DNA of 63,092 bases, filler included, from Octopus bimaculoides (GCF_001194135.2; 7 parts of 7 records of this genome joined end to end with filler, not necessarily neighbours in it); one strand, 5' to 3'; positions 11,689 to 24,899 are shown, counted from the first letter of the whole stretch. Numbers and translations: made by a program. Notes: generated by a model not told the origin, from the sequence alone.

Positions 11689-12061
11689 CAGGGGTTCTCA
11701 ACCATTTTTTTTTATCTATGGTCTCCTTTGATTACTATTTTATTCTGGTAGACCCTACCCCATAGCCATTCAATATTTAAAATCTAGTCTTATAGAAACT
11801 TCTTTCAAAATTTCTATTTTATTTATCTCACATTAACTTGTGTAAGTTGAACTATGTAAAATGTCGGAAAGAGAGAGAAAAAAATCCTAGCTGTTTCTTG
11901 CTATACATATCAATACATACACCTAAAAGAATTTTTTCAGGGTCGCTTAAAACACTATTGCGAATCCCCAATTTACTATTCTGTTGCATGGACTCTCCCA
12001 CTCCCAAAAAGATCTTATATGGTCTCTGAAAGGCCATTTGGACCGCGGTTGAGAACCATTG
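11689..12061. mobile_element. hAT-type MITE
   Basis: TIRs CAGGGGTTCTCAACC / GGTTGAGAACCATTG; 8-bp TSD TTCTACAT / TTCGACAT. Confidence 0.85.
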
Positions 12062-12115
12062 TTCGACATTATTATCAACCATTTCACCACTTCGTAGTAA
12101 CAGCTCAAACACGAC

Positions 12116-12336
12116 ATATTGGCTTCAAATTTAAGCACAAGGCAGGCAATTTCGATGGAGGGGACAGGTCTACTACATCGCCCCTAGTGTTCAACTGGAA
12201 CTTATTTTATCGACTCCGAAAGGATGAAAGGCGAAGTCGACCTCGGTGGAATTCGAACATCAGAACGTTAAGATGGACGAAACGCCAGTAAGCATTTTGC
12301 ACGGCGAACTAACGATTCTGCTAGCTTGCTGCCTTA
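12116..12336 (-). mobile_element. SINE family N (tail type B)
   Basis: TATCGACTCCGAAAGGATGAAAGGCGAAGTCGACCTCGG, reverse complement of the family core. Confidence 0.85.
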
Positions 12337-12531
12337 ATTCAGACATTACATATTGACACATATTCTACGTAGCCAACACCTGATACTGTAATAACTCATA
12401 TACCACAAATTCTATACATATTCTATGTCTATTTCACCAAAATAGTGAAACAATCTACATAATATTTATTCTACATATGTTCTATGTAATAAATACCTAA
12501 CATTATAGCAATCTACATATCACTTATTCTA

Positions 12532-12968
12532 CACACAAGTAAGCACATAAATGCAAAACAAGGTGAAAAAAACAGTACTTGAATACCGAAGGTAAAGTAA
12601 TATGCTTTTTATTAAAGTTACAGAAACACCACAAAACTGTTACGCAGTGTTTACGCCTCTATTAATCATTTATTTATCACTAGTTATTCTCTTGTGGACA
12701 TGTATTACTTTCTTCTTCACTCAAGGCTTTTCGAAATATATGATATATTCATATTTTACTGTTCAGTTTATACACCCCGACCAGCCCAACCGTTTATATT
12801 TACCCAATCGAATTCAAATGCTTATTAGTCAAATTGGATTATATCAAATCATATATTGCATGTACCATCACAATTTTATTCCAGTCTTGATCACAACTAT
12901 CCGACGAACGTGAACGGGAAACTCTGAGTAACAGTTATGTGATATTTTTGCAGCTTTAATAAAAAAAG
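12532..12968 (+). mobile_element. Penelope-like pseudo-LTR insertion with inverted partial copy and 16-bp flanking direct repeat
   Basis: 12598-12655 is an inverted copy of ~12920-12980; CATATCACTTATTCTA at 12516-12531 and 12969-12984; contains a hammerhead motif. Confidence 0.65.
12895..12936 (+). ncRNA. Minimal type-I hammerhead ribozyme motif, degenerate (U4C)
   Basis: AACTAT-CCGACGA-ACGTGAACGG-GAAA-CTCTGAG-TA-ACAGTT; palindromic stem III, GUA site. Confidence 0.6.
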
Positions 12969-13059
12969 CATATCACTTATTCTATATATATATTTTACGT
13001 AATCAACAACTCGTACTGAGACTCAGCTTGAAACTCACTGTGAATTCAAAGGAAAGAAT

Positions 13060-13370
13060 TACTATGGTTATAGTGTTTTGCTCCTGATCAGTCCAGGAGA
13101 AATGCATGGATCAGAGTAAAGCATTGTATGTAAACTTCACGGAGGCGTCCTGCAAAGTAAATCGTTTTAGTCTGTGCTAAGAACCTACAAGATCTGATCT
13201 TCACTTGTACGATAAAATCCCTACAACACATTGATGACGGCTCTGGTTACGTTAGATGAACTCCAGTTCTGTACAGTTTGATGTTAAAGTCAGAATCAAG
13301 TAGGGATGCGTGATAGCATGAATGTTATTCTCAGTTTTTCAGCAATTCTCGAGGAGACGTTACAACTAAA
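13060..13370 (+). pseudogene. RTE-clade LINE reverse transcriptase fragment
   Basis: VQEKCMDQSKALYVNF resembles LQEKCREQ..LY.AF; FDVKVRIK*GCVIA*MLFSVF resembles GVKQGCVLAPTLFS. Confidence 0.7.
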
Positions 13371-14228
13371 CTGGAGATGGATACACTCCCCCCCCCCCAC
13401 ACACACACATCAGAGTGAAGTTACAACATAGTCTGGTCTTCACGTTTTTTAGTATTGTATTTAAAAACAATTATTTTTGCAATGCTGAAGTGCGTTAAAC
13501 ATTAAAAAAAAAAATATTTAGTAATGTTCATAAAGTTCAATTGGCGCTTTCTTACATTCGTACTATTCATCAGATTTCAAAATGTATTGAATGACAGTTG
13601 AGTTCTTGATAACTGTAGTAAAATGACTGACTTCTTCTTTTTATACCTTTTAGAAGGCTCCAAAAAGCTGCATTTTCCGAATACGTTTNNNNNNNNNNNN
13701 NNNNNNNNNNNNNNNNNNNNNNNNNNNNNNNNNNNNNNNNNNNNNNNNNNNNNNNNNNNNNNNNNNNNNNNNNNNNNNNNNNNNNNNNNNNNNNNNNNNN
13801 NNNNNNNNNNNNNNNNNNNNNNNNNNNNNNNNNNNNNNNNNNNNNNNNNNNNNNNNNNNNNNNNNNNNNNNNNNNNNNNNNNNNNNNNNNNNNNNNNNNN
13901 NNNNNNNNNNNNNNNNNNNNNNNNNNNNNNNNNNNNNNNNNNNNNNNNNNNNNNNNNNNNNNNNNNNNNNNNNNNNNNNNNNNNNNNNNNNNNNNNNNNN
14001 NNNNNNNNNNNNNNNNNNNNNNNNNNNNNNNNNNNNNNNNNNNNNNNNNNNNNNNNNNNNNNNNNNNNNNNNNNNNNNNNNNNNNNNNNNNNNNNNNNNN
14101 NNNNNNNNNNNNNNNNNNNNNNNNNNNNNNNNNNNNNNNNNNNNNNNNNNNNNNNNNNNNNATATTTATCTCCCATTTAAAGTGGATGTTGTGTTATAAC
14201 ATTATATTTATATATACAAATATATATA

Positions 14229-15350
14229 AGAGGGGGTACCCAAAGGTAACCGGAAACGTTCTTTATTGGACAAGCCCATTGTAGTTCAGGCTTCCGCCGC
14301 AACAAGCTACTTGATGTGACACTCAGGCAGCGCTTCTCCCATGTTAGTCGATTTTTGCGAGGGTTGAAACGAAGGAACAACGTACTTCCGTGAAATTTTG
14401 TTTTCTGCTCGGGTAAATGGCGACCGAAACAGTTGTTACGCTTCAAACAGCTGAGAAGGAAGTTTACGAGTGGTTTTCACGCTTTAGGAATGATCACTTG
14501 TCGCTTGAAGTCCAACTTCGTTCAGAGCAACTGTCGACGTCATGAACTGATCTTGGAGGACCATCACTGAACAATTGACGAACTTGTTGATATGACTGGT
14601 GTGTGCTGGAGCTCCTGCCAATGAATTTTGAGCGAGGAATTGCGAATAGAAAGAGTTGCAGCAAAATTTGTGCTTCGCTTGCTCACGAAAGAACAAAAGC
14701 AGTCACGACTGAATGCATGTGATGAACTGAAAGAACAGTTGGAAGTTGATCCGAACCTTTTTCGAAGATCATCACTGGTGACGAAAGCTGCTGCTACAGC
14801 TACGGCCCGGAAACGAAGCAGCAGTCAAGTCAGTGGAAGCATTCAATGCCAGCACCCCACCAAAAAGCGTATCAAGTGAAGTCCAATGTCAAGACGATGC
14901 TGGTTTGTTTCATTGATGCGAAAGGAATTGTCCACTCTGAATTTGTTCCCTCTGGTCAAACCGTTAACCAGACATCTTACTTGGAAGTTCTGAAGTGTTT
15001 CCAAGACACGTCGAGACGAAAGCGCTCCGACCAGTGGCAAAGCGGAGAGTGGTGGTTTCATCACGACAGTGTACTTTCGCACACCACCTTGAGTGAGAGA
15101 CAGTTTCTGCCAAAAATGGCATGATCACGCTTACCCACCCTCCGTATTCCCGCAACTTTTTTCTGTTCCCTGAATGAACAAAGTCCTTAAAGGAAAACGT
15201 TTTGCAGATGTGGAAGAGGTGAAGAAAAAAAAACGACGGAGGCGTTAAGAGGCATCACTTCACAAGAGTTCTAGGACTGCTTCGAACAGTGGAAACCGCT
15301 TCTGGGCTGAGGTATTGCTTCAAATGGAGAATACTTTGAAGGCGATAAAA
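14229..15350 (+). pseudogene. Near full-length degenerate mariner transposon lacking the right TIR
   Basis: Left TIR GAGGGGGTACCCAAAGGTAACCGG after TA; AAKFVLRLLT, KTMLVCF, HHD, LKGKRFADVEE, GEYFEGD; frameshifted. Confidence 0.9.
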
Positions 15351-15988
15351 ATCGTAGTATATTTACAAAACATTGATGAACATGAGTTATATTTTAGTGA
15401 ATGATTGTGTACTTGCACGTGTATGCGTTTGAGAGAGCGAGAGAGGAAGAGGTAGAGAGAGAGAGGGGGAGAAAGGAATAGAGATAAAGAGTGGAAGGGA
15501 GAACAGAAGACAGTTATAATGTGTATGTGTTTATGTGTATGTTGTTGTCACAGATCACGTATGTGTGGCTGTGTGTGTTTTTACGTTTCTATGTTATGAA
15601 AAATATGTTAGAGTTAGAGGGATACAAGAAAACTATTAAATGGGAGAGAGGAAGAAGACGACTGTATGTATCACGTTCTCTCTCTCTCCCTCTCTCACTC
15701 TTACTCTCTATATTTTATGTTGAGCGCGTGATATATATGTGTATAAGAACGCTGTTACTGGTAGAAGGGAAGAAATATAAAAGTTGCTAGAAACAACAGC
15801 CAAATCTCCTTTAAATCACACAAAGTAAACGGAATTTTAAAAATCTAATTACTGCACTGGAAAGTTCAGATCCAGAAAATTCCATTGATGTAAAATTTTT
15901 TACGAAAAAGTGGAAAATGTGGATTTCTATAAACTTTTAAAAAGGCTTCACACAGACACACAATTTCAGCTTTATATATTAAGATATA

Positions 15989-16026
<38 letters not shown>

Positions 16027-16238
16027 GTTCAAATTTACAGAAAATAAAAAGACGAGGACAGGTGTAGGAACAACAAGCAGGCGTATTAGTCTAACGCTCG
16101 GGAAGAATGGAAAAGTCTTCCACGTTTCGAGCATATGCTCTTGGACAGAAAGGATTAAGAGGGAAAAAAATGGAGAGAGAAGGAAAAAAAAAGAACGGAG
16201 AGAGAGAAATGTGCAGAATTCAACGGTCTGACATGGCG

Positions 16239-16289
<51 letters not shown>

Positions 16290-16362
16290 TGTGTATACTT
16301 ATATATATCTATATATATACTTTCGTAATACATATCTGTATCAATATCTATATTTCTCTCTT

Positions 16363-16402
<40 letters not shown>

Positions 16403-17923
16403 GCTCGCTCTCTCTCTCTCTCTCTCTCTAGTCATAAATGACAGAGAAATATTTGGATGAAATTTTATTTAGCTAGAAGAAAATTCTAATCTCACGGCAA
16501 ATTATTTCGTAACTTAAAAACGTAAATAATTCTTCAAAATAATACAGAATTAAAGTGACATCCTCAGGTGAAAGAAAATCTTTGTTAAATACTAAATTCT
16601 CAACGTAACGTAATTGGAACGATTTGTTGTGATGTTAGAATTTTCTTATTGTTAAATAAATTTCATCAAATTATTTCTCTGTCGTTTATGACTTTATACA
16701 CTCCTTATCGTTTTCTCTTGTATAGTATTTTATATTCTATATGTTTTATAGAATGATACATTAAGGTGGTTTTTTTTTAATGAGCATTACCGGATCATTT
16801 GAATTCACATATTGTGAACTCTCTCGTCACTCCGACAAATAAGGATTCGGCAAGACACAGGTGTACAGTGTTTTTAGTTTAAATAAGAAATGGTGCTAGC
16901 GCCATGATTTACTGAGCGACGTGCATGATGAGCATCAGTATAGTGGACATGGTTTGTGCAGAGCCAGTTTCATATTCTCGTCCTTTAGACTTGCATTGGT
17001 CTGGGGCAACAAAGGTCACAAGGGCAGTAGTTATTAGGATACAGGATTTGTATGAAGTTACCATCTCTTAAATGGGCAGCAAAATAGCTGAGGGCCTCAT
17101 CCGCCTTGGGTCCGTTAGTGTGTGTGTGTTCTGTGAGTGATGTTCTTCAGGAGATAATTCCGTGACATGCTAATAAACCCATAGTAGTCCTGGGTATGAT
17201 TTTAAACTACGTTTCAATGGTGGAGCCTTGGTACAAGAGTACCAGGGTTTTGGGGAGCATGGAACCACCTCTTAGCCATTATCGTCTCCAGATTTACTCT
17301 GATCTGAAGTTGCAGCACTTGTCAGGGTCCCAACTACACGTTAATTAGCATGTTACAGAATAGTGTGCGTGTATGTTTGTCCGCACAAGCACACAAACGC
17401 AAGTTTTCTTATTCTCTTATTCTCACCGATTTTCTCTTTCCTTCTCCTGTATTGTTTTATGTTCGCTGCGGTTTATCTCTTACTTTTCTCTCAGTGTAAA
17501 AAAAAAACAAAAGAAAAACAAGAAAAAAATGGTGCTAAATAATTTTTTTTAAATGTATTTGTGGAGAACTGTGGGAATAGCAAAACAAGTGTACAACCCG
17601 TAAGATATTGTTCTTGAAAAATTATACGTCCCAAACGTATTTTCTCTAAGTGGGGATTCCTTAATCATATGGTTAGCTGTATCTAAAATAGATGAATAAG
17701 TGTGTGTGTGTGTGAGAGAGAGAGGGGAAAGAGAGGGGTATGTGTTTGTGTATGTGCGTGTTTGTGTATGTGCGTGTTTGTGTATGTGCGTGTTTGTGTA
17801 TGTGCGTGTGTGTGTACTTCCTCAAAGATGTATTCATACTGACAAATCACGTTCACGTTTATACAAACGGACTGATGTAATATCCTGTTTCTTTTTTTCT
17901 CCCTTATATACACGTACACACAC

Positions 17924-18001
<78 letters not shown>

Positions 18002-18959
18002 GCGTGTATATAGACACACGCACACACACATACGGACACATACACACCTCCATGTACTCACGCAAACATACTTTGAGGTTTAGGAAACCAATTTTCTCTG
18101 TTCATTATTATTTCCTATTCTCAAGTGATTTTGGCTGGAGAATCAATATTATAAGGACTGCTTGGGAGTAGTGGGTGGAGAAAGATCGGGGAATAGGTTT
18201 GTTAGGTGTATGTGCGTGTGTTGTTCGTAAAATGTGCGTGTATAATATATGTATATATCTGCATATACGTGTGGGTGTATGCTGTTTGAAGTGTTTTGCT
18301 TGCAGAGAGCGTTTGTTGAAAACTACATTTTGTTGATAATTAGTGTGTGTGTGTGTATGTTGTATGTGTGTACGTTGTGTATGTGTATGTTGTGTGTATG
18401 TATGCGTGTATGTTTACTGGTTTATGTGTGGGTCTATGTGCGTGTATCCTTTGTAGTGTGTGGATTAGTGTCATATGCTTCTTGTGGTTTCATCATTGTC
18501 TGTGTTGAGCAGTGTGATCTATTTATGTGTGTGCATGCGTGGTTCTGTGTATGTCAGTGTGTGCGCGCGAGTAGACACGTTTGTGTGTGTACGCTATGTT
18601 TGAGCCGTGATGTGTGTATCCGTGTTGCATGTTTGCTTTGTGTGTGTCTTTGTGTGTGCGTGCATGTACGTGTATGCCTGCTGTATTTGTGATGTGATGT
18701 GTATCTGTATTGCAAGTCTGCTGCGTGTGCGCCGGCATATGTGCTGTTGTCGTTATCGTATTTGTTGCTAAATCATAAGACTACTCTAATAGAGCAGGTC
18801 TTCCATCAAATATGTTCCCAGTATTTGGGGGGGGGGTACCTAGACGTACCTAGGAATACACTGTTCAATGTATTCTTCCATTTTCTAGACGGCACAATAT
18901 GATTTGAGGGAAATATGACAGCTATTTTTAAGAGACTGGGCAACTACGGTTGCTGTTTA

Positions 18960-19140
18960 GTCCTCGGTTAGCTCGGATCGAACAAACATGATCAAAGGCA
19001 TTCTAAAGATGACCGCCCCCTCTTTTTCCTATGTGCAGGTAATCCAGGACCAGTATGTCCTTTATAAGACGATAAGAAAAGAGCTGAGTGAAATTTGGCT
19101 GCTATTTATAACAGGTCGAGTGGCCACGTAGAGGTGTGCT
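18960..19140 (-). mobile_element. SINE-like repeat family Q ((CAA)n tail)
   Basis: Similar to 22060-22275, 27040-27240 and 28420-28640 (GAAATTTGGCTGCTATTT..CAGGTCGAG..CCACGTAGAG). Confidence 0.6.
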
Positions 19141-19237
19141 GTGTGGCGTATTTTATACACCCACTACGCAGCGTCTCCCAACACAACATTACAAATTATG
19201 CACCACAGCACATGTCATCCTATACTATGGTTATATT

Positions 19238-19291
19238 TATCGTCTGATGATTGTAGAGAGTTATCTGGGCATGAAACTTGAAGTTGCGATA
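19238..19291 (+). ncRNA. Minimal type-I hammerhead ribozyme motif with decayed stem II
   Basis: TATCGT-CTGATGA-(22 nt)-GAAA-CTTGAAG-TT-GCGATA; stem I 6 bp, GUU site. Confidence 0.55.
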
Positions 19292-19378
19292 TATTTTCTC
19301 TAACAAACTATATCATGTTGCATATATTTTCTCTAACAAACTATATCATGTTGCATATATTTCACACTATAATTATGC

Positions 19379-19519
<141 letters not shown>

Positions 19520-20184
19520 GTTTATTTGATCATGCTTGTTTGCTAGTAACTAATAAAGCGGCAGTGTATCACAGTCTATTCTTTCCTTAACTCATCCTCT
19601 TCCTTCACTTACAGGAAATTGTTCGTTCCATTCTTTGATATAATCAAAACCAAGTTCAAAAATTTAAAATTTGAACCACCATACCTGCTACTGTTATAGT
19701 AGCTTTGCTACCCTCATTTGGGTGACTGACTCAGAAAGACGAAAAGAACTTGAAACAACAGAATTATTACAGAATTATTACTACACATGTTTCTGTAGCA
19801 AAGATTTATTATTATTAACAGACTGCATCTTGCAGCTTGGCACGCAATAACACACGAAATTATACAAGCCTATGCAACTACGTGTTTACATAATCTTGCC
19901 ATTCGTCAGGTATGTAATAGTAAACAAGAATAAAGTGAATCCAAATCCGTTCGTTTTATTCTCGTTTACTATAGATTACACTGTATTGAATGTACCAATT
20001 TTATCCTTGATAAAAACATAGATATGCAACATACCTGATGCATGTGAGCAACTGTTTCAACTCAGTAATGATTGCTGATTCCAACGGTTAAATTCTGTAG
20101 GATATTGCGTAAACCGTCTAGTAAGAAAATACGCGTAGGTACTTCGATTTGAATTTATCTAGAGCTACTTGATATCCTTTCCTT

Positions 20185-20260
<76 letters not shown>

Positions 20261-20809
20261 TCTCTGTTTGCCTGTCTATCTTTTAGTTGTTTGTAGTTGT
20301 TTCAGTCATTAATTAGACTCTGACCTTGCTGGAGCACCGCTTTAAAGAATTTTACTCGAACAAATAGAGTTCAGTCTTTNNNNNNNNNNNNNNNNNNNNN
20401 NNNNNNNNNNNNNNNNNNNNNNNNNNNNNNNNNNNNNNNNNNNNNNNNNNNNNNNNNNNNNNNNNNNNNNNNNNNNNNNNNNNNNNNNNNNNNNNNNNNN
20501 NNNNNNNNNNNNNNNNNNNNNNNNNNNNNNNNNNNNNNNNNNNNNNNNNNNNNNNNNNNNNNNNNNNNNNNNNNNNNNNNNNNNNNNNNNNNNNNNNNNN
20601 NNNNNNNNNNNNNNNNNNNNNNNNNNNNNNNNNNNNNNNNNNNNNNNNNNNNNNNNNNNNNNNNNNNNNNNNNNNNNNNNNNNNNNNNNNNNNNNNNNNN
20701 NNNNNNNNNNNNNNNNNNNNNNNNNNNNNNNNNNNNNNNNNNNNNNNNNNNNNNNNNNNNNNNNNNNNNNNNNNNNNNNNNNNNNNNNNNNNTAGTATAG
20801 GACAATCAG

Positions 20810-21636
20810 TTAGTAATCATAATAGGACGCTATTGTAGGTTTCCTTATGCTTATTAAAGATAGCTTGGTTAGGCGTGATATCCTATTGCTTATACTATGT
20901 GCTAAGTCCCTCTTGATGAATAGTGGGTGGTCGCTGGATGCGTTTATGTATTTTAGGTTAGTATTAGGCTTTATGTATGGTTCATGTAGTCCTGTGGCTA
21001 GGTTGCAATTGGCGTCTAGGTAGTTTATGGATGTGTGTTCGTTTTCTATAGAAATGGCTAGTCCAAATCTTTTGAAGAATTTATGCAAGTTTTTCTTGAT
21101 GAGCTCTAGTTTCCTATTCGAGGGATTTTTAATTCCAAATAGTGCATCGTCCCTGTATAATCCCCCTTCCAGGTCTGGGAATTCCTCCTGTATGTAGGAG
21201 AGCAGATAAATTCCTACTAAGTCACTTATCTGAGCTGAGTCTGGGGCTCCCATGGTGATATCGAAGGAGTTAGGGGTGTCTTTACGGACCCAGAGCTTGT
21301 TATCGAACCTTATAATAGATTTTCTAGCTTCGAGTATTACATTAATTTCTTTCTTAGTTGTGAATTATTATTGGCATATATTAGGGCACTATTTAATATC
21401 GTGGGGTTAATTGAGGAGTAGTAGTCTACTATATCTATCTGTATGAATTTGTAGTTACTAGTATTTTGTATTTTGGAGAACCAGTTAAGGGCTTCATATG
21501 TGTTAGACCATAATTCAAGGGATAGTCTACTTTTTAGCGTAGGGATGTACTTATCAAGTATTAGTTTACTTAATTTGCATAGGTCTGATCTATTAGGGCA
21601 TATTAATCTAACTTTAGTGTCTGTAAGGAAGTTGGG
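20810..21636 (-). pseudogene. Penelope-like element reverse transcriptase fragment
   Basis: RLICPNRSDL...FIQIDIVDY...FDITMGAPDSAQISDLVG...GLYRDD...YLD...SDHP; frameshifted, gaps on both sides. Confidence 0.85.
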
Positions 21637-21680
21637 NNNNNNNNNNNNNNNNNNNNNNNNNNNNNNNNNNNNNNNNNNNN

Positions 21681-21692
21681 TTAATTAATTAA
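21681..21692. other. Artificial scaffold linker N44-TTAATTAATTAA-N44
   Basis: Identical 100-bp construct recurs six times. Confidence 0.95.
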
Positions 21693-21736
21693 NNNNNNNN
21701 NNNNNNNNNNNNNNNNNNNNNNNNNNNNNNNNNNNN

Positions 21737-21948
21737 ACCTTGCTATGCGGGCAGCTTTAGCACATACCTTTTGCTTGATGGTTTCTATGGTGGCATCAAT
21801 GTCAACTATGGTTTTCATATTATATTTTTTCTTTAGTTTATGGGTCTTTGTAGGTTTGATACTCTTGTCAAATTTAAGGTTTTTCAAACATTCTATGTGA
21901 GATCTAAGCAGCTTAATTTGGTGTTGAATGCGTTCTTGCCAAGAAGGC

Positions 21949-21950
<2 letters not shown>
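21737..21950 (-). pseudogene. R4/Dong-like ORF N-terminal fragment
   Basis: KPSWQERIQHQIKLLR...KKKY...IETIKQKVCAKAARIAR; begins directly at an (AAT)n tract on the sense strand. Confidence 0.7.
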
Positions 21951-22028
<78 letters not shown>

Positions 22029-22046
22029 CATCATTATTATTATTAT
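21951..22046. repeat. (ATT)n microsatellite
   Basis: Direct reading. Confidence 0.97.
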
Positions 22047-22059
22047 TGTAGTAGTAGTA

Positions 22060-22275
22060 GTAGTAGTGTTCAGCCCATGTTAGTACTAATCGAGAAGACC
22101 TATAATGAAAGACATTCTAATCGTAACCGTCGTGTGTTTTTCTTATGTACAGAACACCTTGGATCACACAACCAAGTGTGTCCCTTTCCAAGGCAGTATG
22201 GCGTGATTTGATGGACGTATGGCTACTATTACTAGCTGGTTGAGTAACCACACAGAAAATTCTTCGTTGGAAGGG
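22060..22275 (-). mobile_element. SINE-like repeat family Q
   Basis: Similarity to the other family Q copies. Confidence 0.55.
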
Positions 22276-23330
22276 ATGTACTCGACTTAACTGGTATTAG
22301 TTCTTGAGAAGGACTCACGTTATCAACCAAGGGAAAATGAACAGAAAAGTGGGTTTCGTTGAACAGTACAAATATTGATTCATATAACCGCAGAGAAATG
22401 TGATTCGTGAAGTAGGTTATGGTTAGTTGTTGTATGTGACTGGTATGCGTTTTATCTACTTCAGAAATATAAAATGAAAAGTCTATTCTAGTGGGGTCAA
22501 CTTTTCTTAACATAAAGGACGTAACTAACAATCACGTGGCTTTTCGCTGTTACGATTGTTCTGCACAGCCCTTTGAGGTATAATATTTACTTCCAACATA
22601 GACAGAGAGCCTCAAAATTTTAGGGTGTGGAGGAATATAGTTCACTATATCGACCTCATTAGGTTTTGAATTTAGGATGTTAGTAAGAAAGATAACAGGC
22701 AACTCAATACCGCAATTCATATTAGTCGTTCTTTTACAGATTTTACCGCGATACTGCAGTAGCGTAAATATGGAAAAATAAAATTATACAGCTAGAGTCG
22801 GCTGTTTTCTCACCAGCTGCTTTCCTTTAAGCTTTTATTTGGGACTAATTAGCAATTTTTCTTCAAGTTTTTAATTAGGAAAATAATCTATAAAAATCTC
22901 AATAAGAGCAGCATTCTTTCCTCTTTGATATGAAAACAATCAATATATAACGGTTATTACCGTGCTATTGCTTTATGGATTTCAAGTTGTCTGTCTTGTT
23001 AGGGAAACCCCAAGACAGAAATAGTTATGTGACTAGTCATCAGACATTTGAATTCCTGACAAGCCAACATTCCGTAACGTGTCTTTACTAACGACTTGTT
23101 TATGTTTATCATTACTGTGAGGGTATAACGGAATGTCAGTCGGTGAAGACTGGACCGAGCGGCTTGCAAGATTAAGTTATGTTGCCTTGACGTTGTGACT
23201 TCGAATCCTACCAGTTAGTATTGCCATTTTTAGTGTAGCGAACATTAAGACGTGAATTTATAATGAATATGGGACGAGGAAAAGATAATATTCCAGACAA
23301 ATATGATCGATAAAATTATTCTGCTTCTTA

Positions 23331-23535
23331 AGGCGACGAGCTGGCAGAAGCGTTAGCACACCGGGCGAAATGCATAGCGGTATTTCGTACGTTCTTAGTT
23401 CAAATTCCACTGAGGTCGACTTTGCATTTCATCCTTTTGGGGTCGATAAAATAAATATCAGTTGAATACTCGATGTAATTGACTTACCTCCTGTCCCAAA
23501 ATTGGTGGGCTCGCGCCAAAATTTGAAGTCAATAT
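23331..23535 (+). mobile_element. SINE family N (tail type B)
   Basis: AAGGCGACGAGCTGGCAGAA head through CCAAAATTTGAAG tail. Confidence 0.85.
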
Positions 23536-23788
23536 TACTCCTTTTTTTCATACCTACCGTTATACATGTAGTCGAGTAATGCGCCTTAAGTAACCTCAAC
23601 TGACGGAACCAAATCGATCACGTAATCGATATCTAATATTATAAATCAATGTTTATACATATCTATTATTTTATTGCATCAAAATAGAAATAAGAACATT
23701 TACAAAATATGAAATTCCCACTGGTCCCGCTAGTTCTAATCATTCCGACAAATACGAGAAACAAACCTATATAAGTTGCGCTCTTACT

Positions 23789-24000
23789 CTTTTCTACTTT
23801 AGGCACAAGGCCCGAAATTTTTGGGGAGGGAGGCCAGTCGATTAGATCGACTCCAGTACGCAACTGGTACTTAATTTATCGACTCAGGAAAGATGAAAGG
23901 CAAAGTCGACCTCGGCGAATTTCAACTCAGAACGTAAAAACAGACGAAACACCGCTAAGAATTTCGTCCGGCGTGCAAAGTTTCTGTCAGCTCGCCGCCC
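23789..24000 (-). mobile_element. SINE family N (tail type A), full length with 17-bp TSD
   Basis: TAAGTTGCGCTCTTACT at 23772-23788 and 24001-24017. Confidence 0.92.
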
Positions 24001-24899
24001 TAAGTTGCGCTCTTACTGCAGCTTCTAAGCGAAGTAACGGCAAGAAAATCGCTACGTCGATGTACATTAGCGTACATTAGTAAGCGTAAAAAAATTAGCA
24101 TATTTTGTAGAGTGAATTGCTGTGAGAAATATTCAGGGACTCCAGGTTGATATTATTATATCTAATGTAAGGAGTCTCAAAATGCTAGGTGGAAACAATT
24201 ATACGGCGAGGAATATCTTTCATTGACTAATATTTTTATTATTCCGGCAAGGGGAACACACTTTGCAAATGTCAAAGAAAAAAAATGTATATTATATTTC
24301 ATAGTTAGCTGTTAAACAGAGCGTACCACGTAGGTTAGGTATCATTTACCAGTTAAAATTTAGTATTTTATTCATAGGAAGACGTTTTTTTTTTCTTCCT
24401 AGAAAACAAAATTACAAAGGAAAATGGGATTGCAGTTAATGCATTGAAAAGAAAAACCGTTACACTGTTACGTAAATGTTTCTGTCTTCAGCTGGTAATG
24501 TGAAATCATTAATCCCTATCATCAATTTGTAGATTTCTGAGAATATAAAAGAAACTGAGATAATATGTTATTCTTGGTATGTAATCGGCAACAATGTATG
24601 AAGAGGCATTGTTCTCCTCCTCCTCTTCCCCCCCTCTCTCTCTCTTAGTAGGATAATTGTTAGAAAGATGTAGTATGTCATAACCAGCCGGATATACTTC
24701 TAACATTACTATATTTGTAAAGTCAATACTTCGTTGATATAATCAGCAAGCAAAGAAACTAGTCGCCAGTGCCATCGACCAATAAACTTATATACGATAA
24801 TCGTATAATGATTAATAATGATAAATAATTGTATAGTAATTAGATGATTCAGACCATAATGCAAATATATATACATACATACATACATGTGTGTGTGGG

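Noticed and set aside
13577-14180. Long ORFs here and at 35441-36506, 37988-38761, 39655-40626, 55305-56299, 56421-57029
   Set aside because: Length comes from N gaps and dinucleotide repeats.
17683-18738. Cys/Val- and His/Thr-rich ORFs
   Set aside because: Translations of (TG)n/(CA)n microsatellite-derived sequence.
19870-19920. Minus-strand CTGACGA...TAAAC hammerhead-like string
   Set aside because: GAAA is mutated and stem I is poorly paired; too degenerate to call.
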